Source: Solihabitans fulvus (GTDB lineage: Bacteria; Actinomycetota; Actinomycetes; Mycobacteriales; Pseudonocardiaceae). Taken from it: a stretch of DNA of 64,000 nt. Positions within the stretch are counted from its first letter, which is position 1; every line of letters begins with the position of its first letter. The stretch lies in contig NZ_VUOB01000005.1 in the NCBI RefSeq assembly GCF_008386585.1, positions 40,232 to 104,231 of the forward strand, given 5' to 3'. Positions 26,580 to 35,947 of the stretch are shown piece by piece. The position numbers were made by a program, and so were the translations under genes. The notes under the pieces are model-generated. The model had not been told where the DNA came from and did no database searches. It saw only the letters and a list, made by a program, of their open reading frames with translations.

Positions 26580-27503
26580 ATGGGCCGAATGGCCCAGCAC
26601 GATCCGATCATGGACGCCGCCGCCCGCCGCCGCCTCGTCAAGCGCTTCGGGCCCGCGGTCGAGCCGTGGTGCGACGACCTGCCCGCGACCGTGGCCGCGC
26701 TGGCCGACCGGTGGGGCCTGCGGGTGCGGTCGGGGCTGGTCGGCAACACCTCCCGCGCACTGCTGTGCGACCGCGCGGACGGCACCTCGGCGGTGCTGAA
26801 GCTGACGCCGGACCCGGCCATCGCGGCCGAGGAACACGCCGCGCTGTCGGCGTGGTCCGCGTCCCCGCAGCTGGTGTCGGTGCTCGACGCGGACCTTCCG
26901 CTCGGCGCGCTGCTGCTGGAGGCGATCGAGCCGGGCGGGCCGCTGGCGCGCCGGCCCGGCGGCGTGCCGCTGCGGTGGATGGGTGTGCTGCTGCGCGAGC
27001 TGCACGCCGTGCCCGTGCCGGCCGAGCCGGAGTTCCCGCCGCTGACCGCGAAGGTCGACGCGATCTTCTCCTCGATCAACTGGCAGCGGCTGGCCGGCGA
27101 GGAGGTCGCCAGGCACCTCCCGGTCGACCTCGTCGAACGGTCCCGCAACGCCGCCCTCGACCTGGCCGAGTACCCGGCCCGCGCGCTGCTGCACGGCGAC
27201 CTGCACGCCGACAACGTCCTGGACGGCGGGCCGGACCGGGGGCTGGTCGCGATCGACCCGCGCCCCTGCGTCGGCGACCCGGCGTTCGACGCGGTCGACT
27301 TCGCGTTCCTGCGGGTCACCCGGTCCGGTGACTTCGATCGGCGGGTGGCGTCGATGGTCAGGTACACCGACGGCCTCGACGGCGACCGGCTGGTCGCGTG
27401 GTGCCGCACGATCGCGGTGTTCTTCGCGATCAGGGAGCTGCGCCGCAGTGGCCCGAGCGAGCGCTCCGACACGTTGCTGGCGCTGGCCAAAGAGGCCGGC
27501 TGA
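26580..27503 (+). CDS. Aminoglycoside/streptomycin-type phosphotransferase (APH family)
   Basis: Brenner motif LHGDLHADNVL and IDP. Confidence 0.8.
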   Translation: MGRMAQHDPIMDAAARRRLVKRFGPAVEPWCDDLPATVAALADRWGLRVRSGLVGNTSRALLCDRADGTSAVLKLTPDPAIAAEEHAALSAWSASPQLVSVLDADLPLGALLLEAIEPGGPLARRPGGVPLRWMGVLLRELHAVPVPAEPEFPPLTAKVDAIFSSINWQRLAGEEVARHLPVDLVERSRNAALDLAEYPARALLHGDLHADNVLDGGPDRGLVAIDPRPCVGDPAFDAVDFAFLRVTRSGDFDRRVASMVRYTDGLDGDRLVAWCRTIAVFFAIRELRRSGPSERSDTLLALAKEAG

Positions 27504-27593
27504 CCGCACCGGAGCCGCGCCGCGCGACATCTCCAGGCGCGGTCCGGTCCCCGGCTCGGCTCGCTCGCCGAGGCGAGCCCGGCCCGCGTCGGC

Positions 27594-28445
27594 GTGGCAC
27601 CGCGTCACCCGGCCGAGTGGCCGCTAGCGTCGCCAGTCGTGCGTTCCCACGATTACGGCCGCGACGTCCTGGCGGCCGGCAAGCGCCGCCGCGAGATCCC
27701 CGAGGTGCCCGCCGAGCCCGGCACCGTGGTGGAGGATCCGGCCACCGGGTTCTGCGGGGCCGTGGTGCGGATCGAGTCCGGCAGCGTCGTGCTGGAGGAC
27801 CGGCATGGCCGGCACCGGCTGTTCCCGCTGCGCCCCGCCGCGTTCCTGGTCGACGGGCAGCCCGTCACGCTGGTCCGCCCCGCTCCCTCGGCCACGGCGC
27901 CGGCCGCGGCGCGCTCGGCGTCCGGTTCGGTCCGCGTCGAGGGCCTGCGCGCCCGCACCGCGCGGGACAGCCGCATCTGGGTGGAGGGCGTCCACGACGC
28001 GATGCTGGTGGAACGCGTCTGGGGCCACGACCTGCGCGTCGAGGGCGTCGTGGTCGAGTCGCTGGACGGCGTGGACGAGCTGGCCGCGCGCGTCGAGGAC
28101 TTCGGCACCGGGCCGGGCCGCCGGCTTGGCGTGCTGGTCGACCACCTGGTCACCGGCAGCAAGGAGTCCCGCATCGTCGCGGCGGTGCACGACGAGAACG
28201 TGCTGGTCACCGGCCATCCCTACGTCGACATCTGGCAGGCGGTGAAGCCGTCCTCGGTCGGTATCGCCGCGTGGCCGACCGTGCCGAGGAACGTGCCGTG
28301 GAAGGAAGGCATCTGCGCCGCGCTCGGCTGGGGCGAACCCGCCGAGGGCTGGCGGCGCGTGCTGGCCGGCGTGCGCGGCTTCCGCGACCTGGAGACGCCG
28401 CTGATCGGCGCGGTCGAGCGACTCATCGACTTCGTGACCGGGTAG
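27594..28445 (+). CDS. DUF3097-family protein
   Basis: Conserved actinobacterial protein pattern (RSHDYGRDVLAAGKRRRE ... GHPYVDIWQAVKP). Confidence 0.65.
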   Translation: MAPRHPAEWPLASPVVRSHDYGRDVLAAGKRRREIPEVPAEPGTVVEDPATGFCGAVVRIESGSVVLEDRHGRHRLFPLRPAAFLVDGQPVTLVRPAPSATAPAAARSASGSVRVEGLRARTARDSRIWVEGVHDAMLVERVWGHDLRVEGVVVESLDGVDELAARVEDFGTGPGRRLGVLVDHLVTGSKESRIVAAVHDENVLVTGHPYVDIWQAVKPSSVGIAAWPTVPRNVPWKEGICAALGWGEPAEGWRRVLAGVRGFRDLETPLIGAVERLIDFVTG

Positions 28446-28495
28446 GAACCGAGCAGGAGCCGCGTAGTCAGGCGCGGATCTGCGACCATGGGGGC

Positions 28496-28918
28496 ATGGC
28501 CGCTGTGGTGTGGCTGGTGCTGGGTGTGGTGCTCGTCGCCGCCGAGGTGCTGTCGGGCAGCTTCGTGTTGCTGATGCTCGGCGCGGCGGCGCTGGCCGCC
28601 GCCGTCGGCGCGCTGGTCAGCCTGCCGCTGAGCGCGGTGGTGTTCGCGCTCGGCGCGCTCGGGCTGATCACCTTCGCCCGGCCCCCGCTGTTGCGCAGGC
28701 TGCACGCTGTCGAGCCGATGAAGTCCAACATCGAGGCCCTGGTCGGCGGCCGGGCCGTGGTGGTGTCCACTGTGGACGTGCACGGCGGCCAGGTGCGCAT
28801 CGCCGGCGACCTGTGGTCCGCCCGCGCCTTCGACGAGACGCAGGTGCTCGAGCCGGGCAGCTCGGTGATGGTGATGACCATCTCCGGCGCGACGGCCGTG
28901 GTGTGGAGCGACCGGTAG
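28496..28918 (+). CDS. NfeD-family membrane protein (short form with C-terminal OB-fold)
   Basis: Two N-terminal TM helices followed by a beta-rich C-terminus (GGRAVVVSTVDVHGGQVRIAGDLWSAR). Confidence 0.7.
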   Translation: MAAVVWLVLGVVLVAAEVLSGSFVLLMLGAAALAAAVGALVSLPLSAVVFALGALGLITFARPPLLRRLHAVEPMKSNIEALVGGRAVVVSTVDVHGGQVRIAGDLWSARAFDETQVLEPGSSVMVMTISGATAVVWSDR

Positions 28919-29017
28919 GACCGGACGTCTGGTCGGCGGGACACGCCGCGTTCTACCCTTCCTGCGGCCAGCACTCCGCGTCGCGGAACGCGGCGGGGGT
29001 ATCTGGGGAGGCAGTTC

Positions 29018-29689
29018 GTGTTGTGCCGTCGTGTACTGGTGGCGGCGGGGATAGTCGCGGCCGTGTCGGGCTGTTCGACGACGTATCAGGACGCGGCGAG
29101 CTCGCCCTCCAGTACGCCCTCGCCATCCGCCCTCGCGGCCCCGGGTGAGATCGCCACCTCGGACATCGGCCTTCGGCTCACGCGGGCGACCATGACCGAC
29201 GAGGACCTGGCCGGGCAGGGTGGCCACGCACAAGGCCCGCCTGTTCCCGTGATGCCTGCGGAGAACGTCAAGTACTCGCTGGTCAGGGCGTGCGGGATCA
29301 CGCCGCCATCGAACGCGAAGATCCACGCCGCGCGCCAAGCGCAGTGGTTCACAGACAGAAAGCCCGACCCCAGCCTGTCGGTGAGCCAGCTCACGGTGGC
29401 CTACCAGGGCACCACGGGGGCCGCAGCCATCGCGGAGATCCGCGAGCTGCTCACCTGCCAGGATTACCAGGACGGCAGCATCACCCGCACCGTGACCGGG
29501 GACGAGACGATCCCGGCGGTCGCCGGCGCAGACGCCCAGTACGTGTACTGCGAGAACGAGAACGCCTCATGCGTGATGTTGCTCGCGCGGGGCGACCTGG
29601 CCACGGCGGTGACCGTCCGGGGAGGCGACTCGTTGGCGGACGCCAGCAAGCTGGCACCGCTGGTGATGACGGCGCTGGCCAGGGCATGA
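29018..29689 (+). CDS. Hypothetical lipoprotein
   Basis: GTG start after RBS GGGGAGG; signal peptide ending in the lipobox AVSGC. Confidence 0.6.
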   Translation: MLCRRVLVAAGIVAAVSGCSTTYQDAASSPSSTPSPSALAAPGEIATSDIGLRLTRATMTDEDLAGQGGHAQGPPVPVMPAENVKYSLVRACGITPPSNAKIHAARQAQWFTDRKPDPSLSVSQLTVAYQGTTGAAAIAEIRELLTCQDYQDGSITRTVTGDETIPAVAGADAQYVYCENENASCVMLLARGDLATAVTVRGGDSLADASKLAPLVMTALARA

Positions 29690-29768
29690 TCACCGGGCTC
29701 GCGGCACCCGGACGGCCGACGGCCCGATCCTGCTGGTCGCGTCCATTCGGGTGATCTACGGTCACTCC

Positions 29769-30479
29769 ATGAGCACCACACCACCACCCGTCACGCTGAT
29801 CACCGGCGGGGCCACCGGCATCGGCGCCGCCGCCGCGCGCCGGCTGCTGGCCGAGGGGCACCGCGTCGCCGTCACCGGCCGCAGCGGCGACCGCCTCGCC
29901 GCGCTCGCCGCCGACCTGGACGCGGGTGACGCCCTGCTGACGCTCGTGGGCGACGCCGCCGACTACGACACCGTGCTCGCCGCGGTCGAGCGCACGGTCG
30001 ACACCTTCGGTCGGCTCGACCACGTCGTGGCCAACGCGGGTTTCTCCTCGCACGACGACCTCGCCGACGGCGACCCCGAGCAGTGGCGCGAGATGCTGCT
30101 GACCAACGTCCTCGGCCCCGCCGTGCTGGTGAAGGCGGCGCTGCCCGCGCTGCGCGAGACCGGCGGCCGGATCGTGTTGGTCGGCAGCACGGCCGGCGTG
30201 AAGAACACCCCGGGCAACATGTACTCGGTGACGAAGTGGGCGGTCAGCGCCCTCGCCGAGAACACCCGCGTGCTGGTCACCGGCGACGGCGTCGGCGTCA
30301 CCCTGGTCGCGCCCGGCCGCGTGGACACCCCGTTCTGGGACAGCCGCGAGGGCGGCACACCAGGCGGCCCGATGATGACCGCCGACCACATCGCCGACGC
30401 CATCGCGTTCGCGATCCGCCAGCCCGCCGGCATCGACGTCAACACCGTCGTGGTCCGGCCGGTCGGGCAGGTCGTGTGA
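29769..30479 (+). CDS. SDR-family oxidoreductase
   Basis: TGGATGIG cofactor motif, NAG, and the catalytic YxxxK. Confidence 0.85.
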   Translation: MSTTPPPVTLITGGATGIGAAAARRLLAEGHRVAVTGRSGDRLAALAADLDAGDALLTLVGDAADYDTVLAAVERTVDTFGRLDHVVANAGFSSHDDLADGDPEQWREMLLTNVLGPAVLVKAALPALRETGGRIVLVGSTAGVKNTPGNMYSVTKWAVSALAENTRVLVTGDGVGVTLVAPGRVDTPFWDSREGGTPGGPMMTADHIADAIAFAIRQPAGIDVNTVVVRPVGQVV

Positions 30480-31228
30480 CCGCCCTGGACACCCGCTCGC
30501 TGCGCCTCGGCGACGGAGCGGGGGCCGACGCCTACCTCGCCGCGCCGACCGGGACGGCGCCGGCCGGCGCGGTCATCGTCGTGCCCGACCTGTACGGGTT
30601 CACCGACCACGCCAGGGGACTGTGCGACCGGCTGGCCGGCGAGGGCCACCTCGCGCTGACCCTGGACCTGTACTGGCGGCAGGGCCGGCCGGGCGGGCTG
30701 CCCTTCGACGCGGCCGGCCGCGACCGCGGCCTCGGGCTGCTGCGCGGGATGCGCCGCGACGAGGTGCTGGCCGACCTCGCCGACGCCCGCGCCTCGGCCG
30801 ACGCGCTCGCCGGCCACACCGGCATCGCGATCATCGGCCTGAGCCTGGGCGGCACCATCACGATGGTGGCCGCGACCCGGTGGCACTTCGACCTCGCGGT
30901 GACCTTCTACGGCGGGTGGACCCTGCGCGGCGGCATCCCGGTCACCGATCCGACCCCGCCGATGGAGGAGGCCGCCGCCATCGCCGCGAACGGCACCCCG
31001 GTGCTCGGCTTCGTCGGCGACCTCGACCCGCACGTGCCGCCGCAGGACTGGCGGGAGATCGGCGCGCGGTTCGCGGCGGCCGGCGTCGACCACGACCTGG
31101 TCAGCTACCCGGGCGTGGACCACGCGTTCTTCTGCGCCGACCAGCCCGCCGCCTTCGACGCGGCCGCCAGCGCCGACGCCTGGGAGCGACTGCGGACGGC
31201 GCTCGCGCGCAGCCTGCGCGCCCAGTAG
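30476..31228 (+). CDS. Dienelactone hydrolase family protein
   Basis: GTG overlaps the SDR stop (GTGA); alpha/beta-hydrolase motifs (IIGLSLGG, VDHAF). Confidence 0.8.
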   Translation: MTALDTRSLRLGDGAGADAYLAAPTGTAPAGAVIVVPDLYGFTDHARGLCDRLAGEGHLALTLDLYWRQGRPGGLPFDAAGRDRGLGLLRGMRRDEVLADLADARASADALAGHTGIAIIGLSLGGTITMVAATRWHFDLAVTFYGGWTLRGGIPVTDPTPPMEEAAAIAANGTPVLGFVGDLDPHVPPQDWREIGARFAAAGVDHDLVSYPGVDHAFFCADQPAAFDAAASADAWERLRTALARSLRAQ

Positions 31229-31373
31229 CCGGGCCCGCGACGGTGGCGGGTGAGCACCACCCGGTTGGGACGCGCGTTACCGAGGGTCCACCCGCTACCG
31301 TGGGTCAACAACTGAATGGGCCGCCCGCGCTGACCCGGTTGGCCTACATCCGCTCAAGTCGCGGGAGCTGAGA

Positions 31374-32627
31374 TTGACCGCATTCATCGTGCTTGCTGTC
31401 ATCGTCCTGCTGGTCCTGATTATCGCGGTGAAGTCCGTTCTGGTGATTCCGCAGGCCACGGCCGCAGTGGTCGAGCGGCTCGGCAGGTTCAAGGGAGTCG
31501 CGGCCCCCGGGCTGAACTTCCTGGTGCCCTTCTTCGACCGCGTGCGCGCCAGGATCGACCTGCGCGAACAGGTGGTGTCCTTCCCGCCGCAGCCGGTGAT
31601 CACCCAGGACAACCTGACGGTGTCCATCGACACCGTCGTCTACTTCCAGGTCACCGATCCCCGCGCGGCCGTCTACGAGATCTCCAACTACATCGTCGGC
31701 GTCGAGCAGCTGACCACCACGACGCTGCGCAACCTGGTCGGCGGGATGAGCCTCGAGGAGACGCTGACCTCCCGCGACCAGATCAACAACCAGCTGCGCG
31801 GCGTGCTGGACGAGGCGACCGGCCGGTGGGGCATCCGGGTGGCGCGCGTGGAGCTCAAGGCCATCGACCCGCCGCCGTCCATCCAGGACTCGATGGAGAA
31901 GCAGATGCGCGCGGACCGCGAGAAGCGCGCCATGATCCTCACCGCCGAGGGCCAGCGGGAGTCCTCGATCAAGACGGCCGAGGGCCAGAAGCAGAGCCAG
32001 ATCCTCGCCGCCGAGGGCCAGAAGCAGGCCACCATCATGGCCGCCGAGGCGGAGCGGCAGTCCAGGATCCTGCGCGCCCAGGGTGAGCGCGCCGCCCGCT
32101 ACCTCCAGGCGCAGGGCCAGGCCAAGGCGATCGAGAAGGTGTTCGCCGCGATCAAGGCCGGCAAGCCGACGCCGGAGGTGCTGGCCTACCAGTACCTCCA
32201 GACGCTGCCGCAGATGGCGCAGGGCGACGCGAACAAGGTGTGGCTGGTGCCGAGCGACTACGGCAAGGCGCTGGAGGGCTTCGCCAGGATGCTCGGCGCG
32301 CCCGGCGAGGACGGCGTGTTCCGGTACGAGCCGCCGGTCGAGCCGCCGCCCGTGTCGCGTCCAGAGGAGGACGACGAGTCGATCGCCGACTGGTTCGACA
32401 CCTCCACGGATCCCAAGGTCGCCGAGGCCGTGCGCGCGGCGGAGGAGGTGGCGCGCAAGGAGGTGCCCGGCCCGTTGCCGACGGCCAGGCCGCACGTGCC
32501 GCCGCTGCCCGCGCCCCAGGATGTCGCAGTGCCCGAGGTCGCCGCCGCGCCGCCGCACCCGGCCGTCGGCCCCGGTGTGTTGACGGAGCAGCAGCAGTCG
32601 GGGTCCACGGAGCTGTCCGACGGCTGA
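31374..32627 (+). CDS. SPFH/band-7 (stomatin-like) protein
   Basis: N-terminal TM helix, SPFH domain, then an E/Q/A-rich coiled coil (repeated AEGQRESSIKTAEGQKQSQILAAEGQKQA) and a Pro-rich tail. TTG start. Confidence 0.85.
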   Translation: MTAFIVLAVIVLLVLIIAVKSVLVIPQATAAVVERLGRFKGVAAPGLNFLVPFFDRVRARIDLREQVVSFPPQPVITQDNLTVSIDTVVYFQVTDPRAAVYEISNYIVGVEQLTTTTLRNLVGGMSLEETLTSRDQINNQLRGVLDEATGRWGIRVARVELKAIDPPPSIQDSMEKQMRADREKRAMILTAEGQRESSIKTAEGQKQSQILAAEGQKQATIMAAEAERQSRILRAQGERAARYLQAQGQAKAIEKVFAAIKAGKPTPEVLAYQYLQTLPQMAQGDANKVWLVPSDYGKALEGFARMLGAPGEDGVFRYEPPVEPPPVSRPEEDDESIADWFDTSTDPKVAEAVRAAEEVARKEVPGPLPTARPHVPPLPAPQDVAVPEVAAAPPHPAVGPGVLTEQQQSGSTELSDG

Positions 32628-32702
32628 TCGCGTCGCGGTGGGGTAGCACCGCACCATGCCAGTGGGCCCCGATCCATCCCGGATCGGGGCCCACTGGTGT
32701 GT

Positions 32703-33035
32703 TCAGCGGTGCTTGCGGTTCACCTTGATGTCGGCGACGTCGAGGGCGTCCACGCGCAAGTCTCGGTAGCCGTGCCCGGCGGCGGCGAGCACCTCGGCGG
32801 CGCGGAGTTCGGCCTGCACCTCGGCCGCGTCGGCGGCGTCCTCGCCGGTCGCGGAGATCAGGAACCGGAAGGTGAAGGCGACTAGGTCGGGGCGGTAGCA
32901 GAACGTGCCTTCCTGCGAGAAGCCCGCGTTGAGCACGTCGTGCTCGGCGGCCTCGGCCAGCAGCGTGGCCCTGCTCTGCTCGGTGAGCTGGTCGAACCGT
33001 CCTCGGACCTTGACCCGGAAGTCGCGCTGCGTCAT
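32703..33035 (-). CDS. Hypothetical protein (110 aa), co-transcribed with the upstream TetR gene
   Basis: ATG overlaps the TetR stop (ATGA); GC3 bias. Confidence 0.5.
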   Translation of the reverse strand: MTQRDFRVKVRGRFDQLTEQSRATLLAEAAEHDVLNAGFSQEGTFCYRPDLVAFTFRFLISATGEDAADAAEVQAELRAAEVLAAAGHGYRDLRVDALDVADIKVNRKHR

Positions 33036-33703
33036 GGCGTCGTGTCCTTCGTGGCTGGTTGGGGTGGCCGCGTCCAGGAACGCAGCAGGATCTCGACGGC
33101 GTCGACGACGACCTCGTCGCCGACGTCCTCCGGGGTGAGCAGGCGCTGGATGAGCAGGCCGTCCTCAAGGGCGTGCAGGATCAGCGCGAGGAACGCGAGG
33201 TCCGCTGGCGGTTCGGCGTCGTTCGCGCGGAACTCGCGTTCGAGGCCGGCGGCCATGGCCGCGCGGGCGAAGCGTTCCCGTTCGGCCAGCACGGGCCGGA
33301 TCTCCTTGTGCCGCAGCGCGTACAGCAGCAGTTCGGTGCGCAGCGCGAGCCACTGGGTGAGGTGCTTGGCTCGGTCGCGGTGCCACTGGCGCAGCGGCGC
33401 CAGCGCGTCCTGGAAGGAGCCCGCGGCCTCGCCGAGCGCCCGCACCTCCTCGAACTCGTGCTCGGTTCGCTGCCGGAGCAGGGCGAGGACCAGCTCGTGC
33501 TTGTCGTCGAAGTTGCCGTAGAACGCGCCACGGCTGTAGCCGGCCCGCTCGGCGATCTGCTCGACCGACGCACCGCTGACGCCCTGCTCGGCGAACAGCT
33601 CGGCGGCGGCGGTGAGCAGCCGTTCCCTGGTCTGTTCCCGGCTTTCCGCGCGGCTCAGGCGGCGTGGCGGCACGATGCCCCTCCCGGTGATACGTGGCTG
33701 CAT
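33032..33703 (-). CDS. TetR/AcrR-family transcriptional regulator
   Basis: HTH region SVEQIAERAGYSRGAFYGNF. Confidence 0.85.
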   Translation of the reverse strand: MQPRITGRGIVPPRRLSRAESREQTRERLLTAAAELFAEQGVSGASVEQIAERAGYSRGAFYGNFDDKHELVLALLRQRTEHEFEEVRALGEAAGSFQDALAPLRQWHRDRAKHLTQWLALRTELLLYALRHKEIRPVLAERERFARAAMAAGLEREFRANDAEPPADLAFLALILHALEDGLLIQRLLTPEDVGDEVVVDAVEILLRSWTRPPQPATKDTTP

Positions 33704-33707
33704 CTAC

Positions 33708-33721
33708 ATACAAGATTGTAT
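33708..33721. promoter_or_regulatory. AT-rich palindrome ATACAAGATTGTAT immediately upstream of the TetR start
   Basis: 6+2+6 perfect inverted repeat inside a locally AT-rich patch of a GC-rich genome. Confidence 0.45.
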
Positions 33722-33878
33722 CTCAAGGTCGGGCGGCGTCGGCCGCTGCTCCGTTCGAGCGCCCCCGCCCCCATCGGACCTCAGGCTGCGGTTGGATGTC
33801 GAGGTGCCCGGTGACGAACAGCAACGCGGTAAGGACGTCGCGTTACCGCACGACGCCGTCGCCAAGGCACTGTCCACT

Positions 33879-35066
33879 GTGGACGCCGAGTGGCCGGTTC
33901 GGTTGGCGGAGCTGACCTCTGCTGCTGCCGCGCTCGAACAGCTGGCCCGCACCGAGCCGACCGGCGACGTCGCAGCGCTCGCCGAGCAGGTGATCGAGGC
34001 GATCTCGGCGGCCGCGCGGACCGCCACCCAGCGGGCGCACGAGCTGACCGACCTCGCCCAGCGCACCCTGCGGGCGCACGCCGAGGTCTGCCGCCGCGCC
34101 TCGGGCGACCCGCACCGCCTCGCCGACTGGCTGCTGAACCTGCAACTGGCCTACCCCGAAGGCCCCGAGGTGCAGCTGGCCGACTACGCCGACGCGCTCG
34201 GCGAGGACGGTCTGGACCGCTACCGGAACCTGGCACGGGAGTGGTTCGCCGAGCTGCCCACGGTCGAGTTCGGCGAGACCGGCCGCTACGACCGGCACCG
34301 CTGGGCGCTGCTGCGCATCATGGAGGAGGTCGCCGAGTACAGCAGGGACGTGGACCTCCAGATCCTGGTGCTGTCCAAGGATCTGTCCTCGGGTTGGCAC
34401 TATCTCCAGGTGGCCACCGTGCTCCAGGAGGCCGGCCGCTCCGGGGAAGCGCTGGACTGGGTGCAGCGCGGCCTGGCCGCCACCGGCGGGCGCGGGGCTG
34501 CGCCGAGGCTGATCGACCTCGCGGTGGACGAGTGCCTGCGGATGGGCTGGTTCGACCGGGCCATCGAGCTGCGCACGAGGGCGTTCCGCGACCAGCCGAG
34601 GCTGGACACCTACCTGCGGCTGCGCGCGCTGGCCGAGCACGCCGACGACTGGCCCGACCGCCGCGCCGAGGTGCTGCGGTGGCTCGGCGACTGCCCGCCG
34701 GAGCGGCAGATGGTCAGGAACTCGGTGCTGGTGCGGATCCTGCTGTGGGAGGGCGAGCAGGAGGCCGCGTGGCGAGCCGCGACCGAGCGGGGCTGCACCG
34801 ACGAGGTGTGGTCGGCGCTGGCGCAGGCCAGGGCCGAGGAGCATCCCGGCGACGCGATCACCGTGTACCGGGGGATCCTCGACCAGCAGCTGTCCGTGCA
34901 CACCGAGCTGGACCACGAGGACGTCGCCGCCATGCTGGAGCAGCTGCGCGCGCTGTTCCACCGCACCGGCAAGCCCGACGACTTCGCCCGCTACCTCGAC
35001 GGCGTGAAGTCCCGGCACGCGGCGGACCGCAGGCTGCTCGACGAGCTCACCAGGCGAGGACTGTAA
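33879..35066 (+). CDS. Hypothetical protein (about 390 aa, helical, no recognised domain)
   Basis: Long ORF with high GC3. Start uncertain: GTG 33879, TTG 33903, or further downstream. Confidence 0.5.
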   Translation: MDAEWPVRLAELTSAAAALEQLARTEPTGDVAALAEQVIEAISAAARTATQRAHELTDLAQRTLRAHAEVCRRASGDPHRLADWLLNLQLAYPEGPEVQLADYADALGEDGLDRYRNLAREWFAELPTVEFGETGRYDRHRWALLRIMEEVAEYSRDVDLQILVLSKDLSSGWHYLQVATVLQEAGRSGEALDWVQRGLAATGGRGAAPRLIDLAVDECLRMGWFDRAIELRTRAFRDQPRLDTYLRLRALAEHADDWPDRRAEVLRWLGDCPPERQMVRNSVLVRILLWEGEQEAAWRAATERGCTDEVWSALAQARAEEHPGDAITVYRGILDQQLSVHTELDHEDVAAMLEQLRALFHRTGKPDDFARYLDGVKSRHAADRRLLDELTRRGL

Positions 35067-35082
35067 AAGGGCGCGCGCCCCG

Positions 35083-35469
35083 CTACGCGTCGTGCGATCC
35101 GATCAGGGATGCCACCAGGTCGTCGGACCACTGCACGTACTCGATCTCCGCGCCGTCGGCGTGCCTGGCGTAGAGGTAGCTGCCGGTCTCGCCGGTGGCG
35201 ACCTCGCCGACCACGGTCGCGCCGTGCGCGGCCAGCTGCCGCTGGAGCTCGTCGATGTCGGAGACGACGACGGTGGCCGAGGCGTGCCGGTACTGCCGCT
35301 GGGCCTCCAGGGTCCCGGCGATGACGAGGAAGTCGCCGACGGCCGCGAGCTCGACGTCGCCGAGGGGGAACCGCAGATGTGGTTGCGCGCCAACGAGTTC
35401 AGTCAGCAACGGGAGCGCGTCGTCCATGCTGTCGACCCACAGCCGCGCGTAGGTCCTGAGGATGGCCAT
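35083..35469 (-). CDS. VOC-family (glyoxalase/bleomycin-resistance fold) protein
   Basis: 128 aa with VOC-like beta-alpha-beta-beta-beta sequence features. Confidence 0.65.
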   Translation of the reverse strand: MAILRTYARLWVDSMDDALPLLTELVGAQPHLRFPLGDVELAAVGDFLVIAGTLEAQRQYRHASATVVVSDIDELQRQLAAHGATVVGEVATGETGSYLYARHADGAEIEYVQWSDDLVASLIGSHDA

Positions 35470-35611
35470 GCGGCGACCGTAGTGATCATTTCGTCATGCG
35501 TCAAAGTGTCGAAATTGATGACGGCAGCGACGGAACCCCAACGCAGGACAGCTCGGCGTCCGACAGACCGCGGCTCCGGACGCGGGCCGAAATGTGCCTA
35601 GACTTGAGCGT

Positions 35612-35947
35612 ATGCGTGCCCTGCACCATCCCGACGCGAACTCCGTCGACCTGGCGACCGTCCTCAATGCCCTGGCTGATCCGGTTCGGCTCGAAGTCGT
35701 GCGGCAGCTCGCCGAGTCCGACGGCGTGGTGTGCGGTGGACTGTCCGTCCCGGTCAGCATGTCCACGCTGTCGCACCACCTCAAGGTGCTGCGCGAGGCC
35801 GGGCTGCTGAGGGTGATCCCGCAGGGCAGCTTTCGCCGCCACGAACTGCGCATGACCGAGCTGGAGCAACGCTTCCCCGGCGTGATCTCCTCCATCATCC
35901 GGTCCTGCCCGGCGCCGTCGGTCCGACCGGAACAGCAGCCCCGATGA
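35612..35947 (+). CDS. ArsR/SmtB-family transcriptional regulator
   Basis: HTH region LADPVRLEVVRQL ... MSTLSHHLKVLREAGLL. Confidence 0.8.
   Translation: MRALHHPDANSVDLATVLNALADPVRLEVVRQLAESDGVVCGGLSVPVSMSTLSHHLKVLREAGLLRVIPQGSFRRHELRMTELEQRFPGVISSIIRSCPAPSVRPEQQPR

Noticed and set aside
26556-28245. 350-aa (-), 321-aa (-), 506-aa (+, N-terminal part) and other ORFs
   Set aside because: Off-frame overlaps of the APH and DUF3097 genes. Only the C-terminal NfeD part of 27398-28918 is kept.
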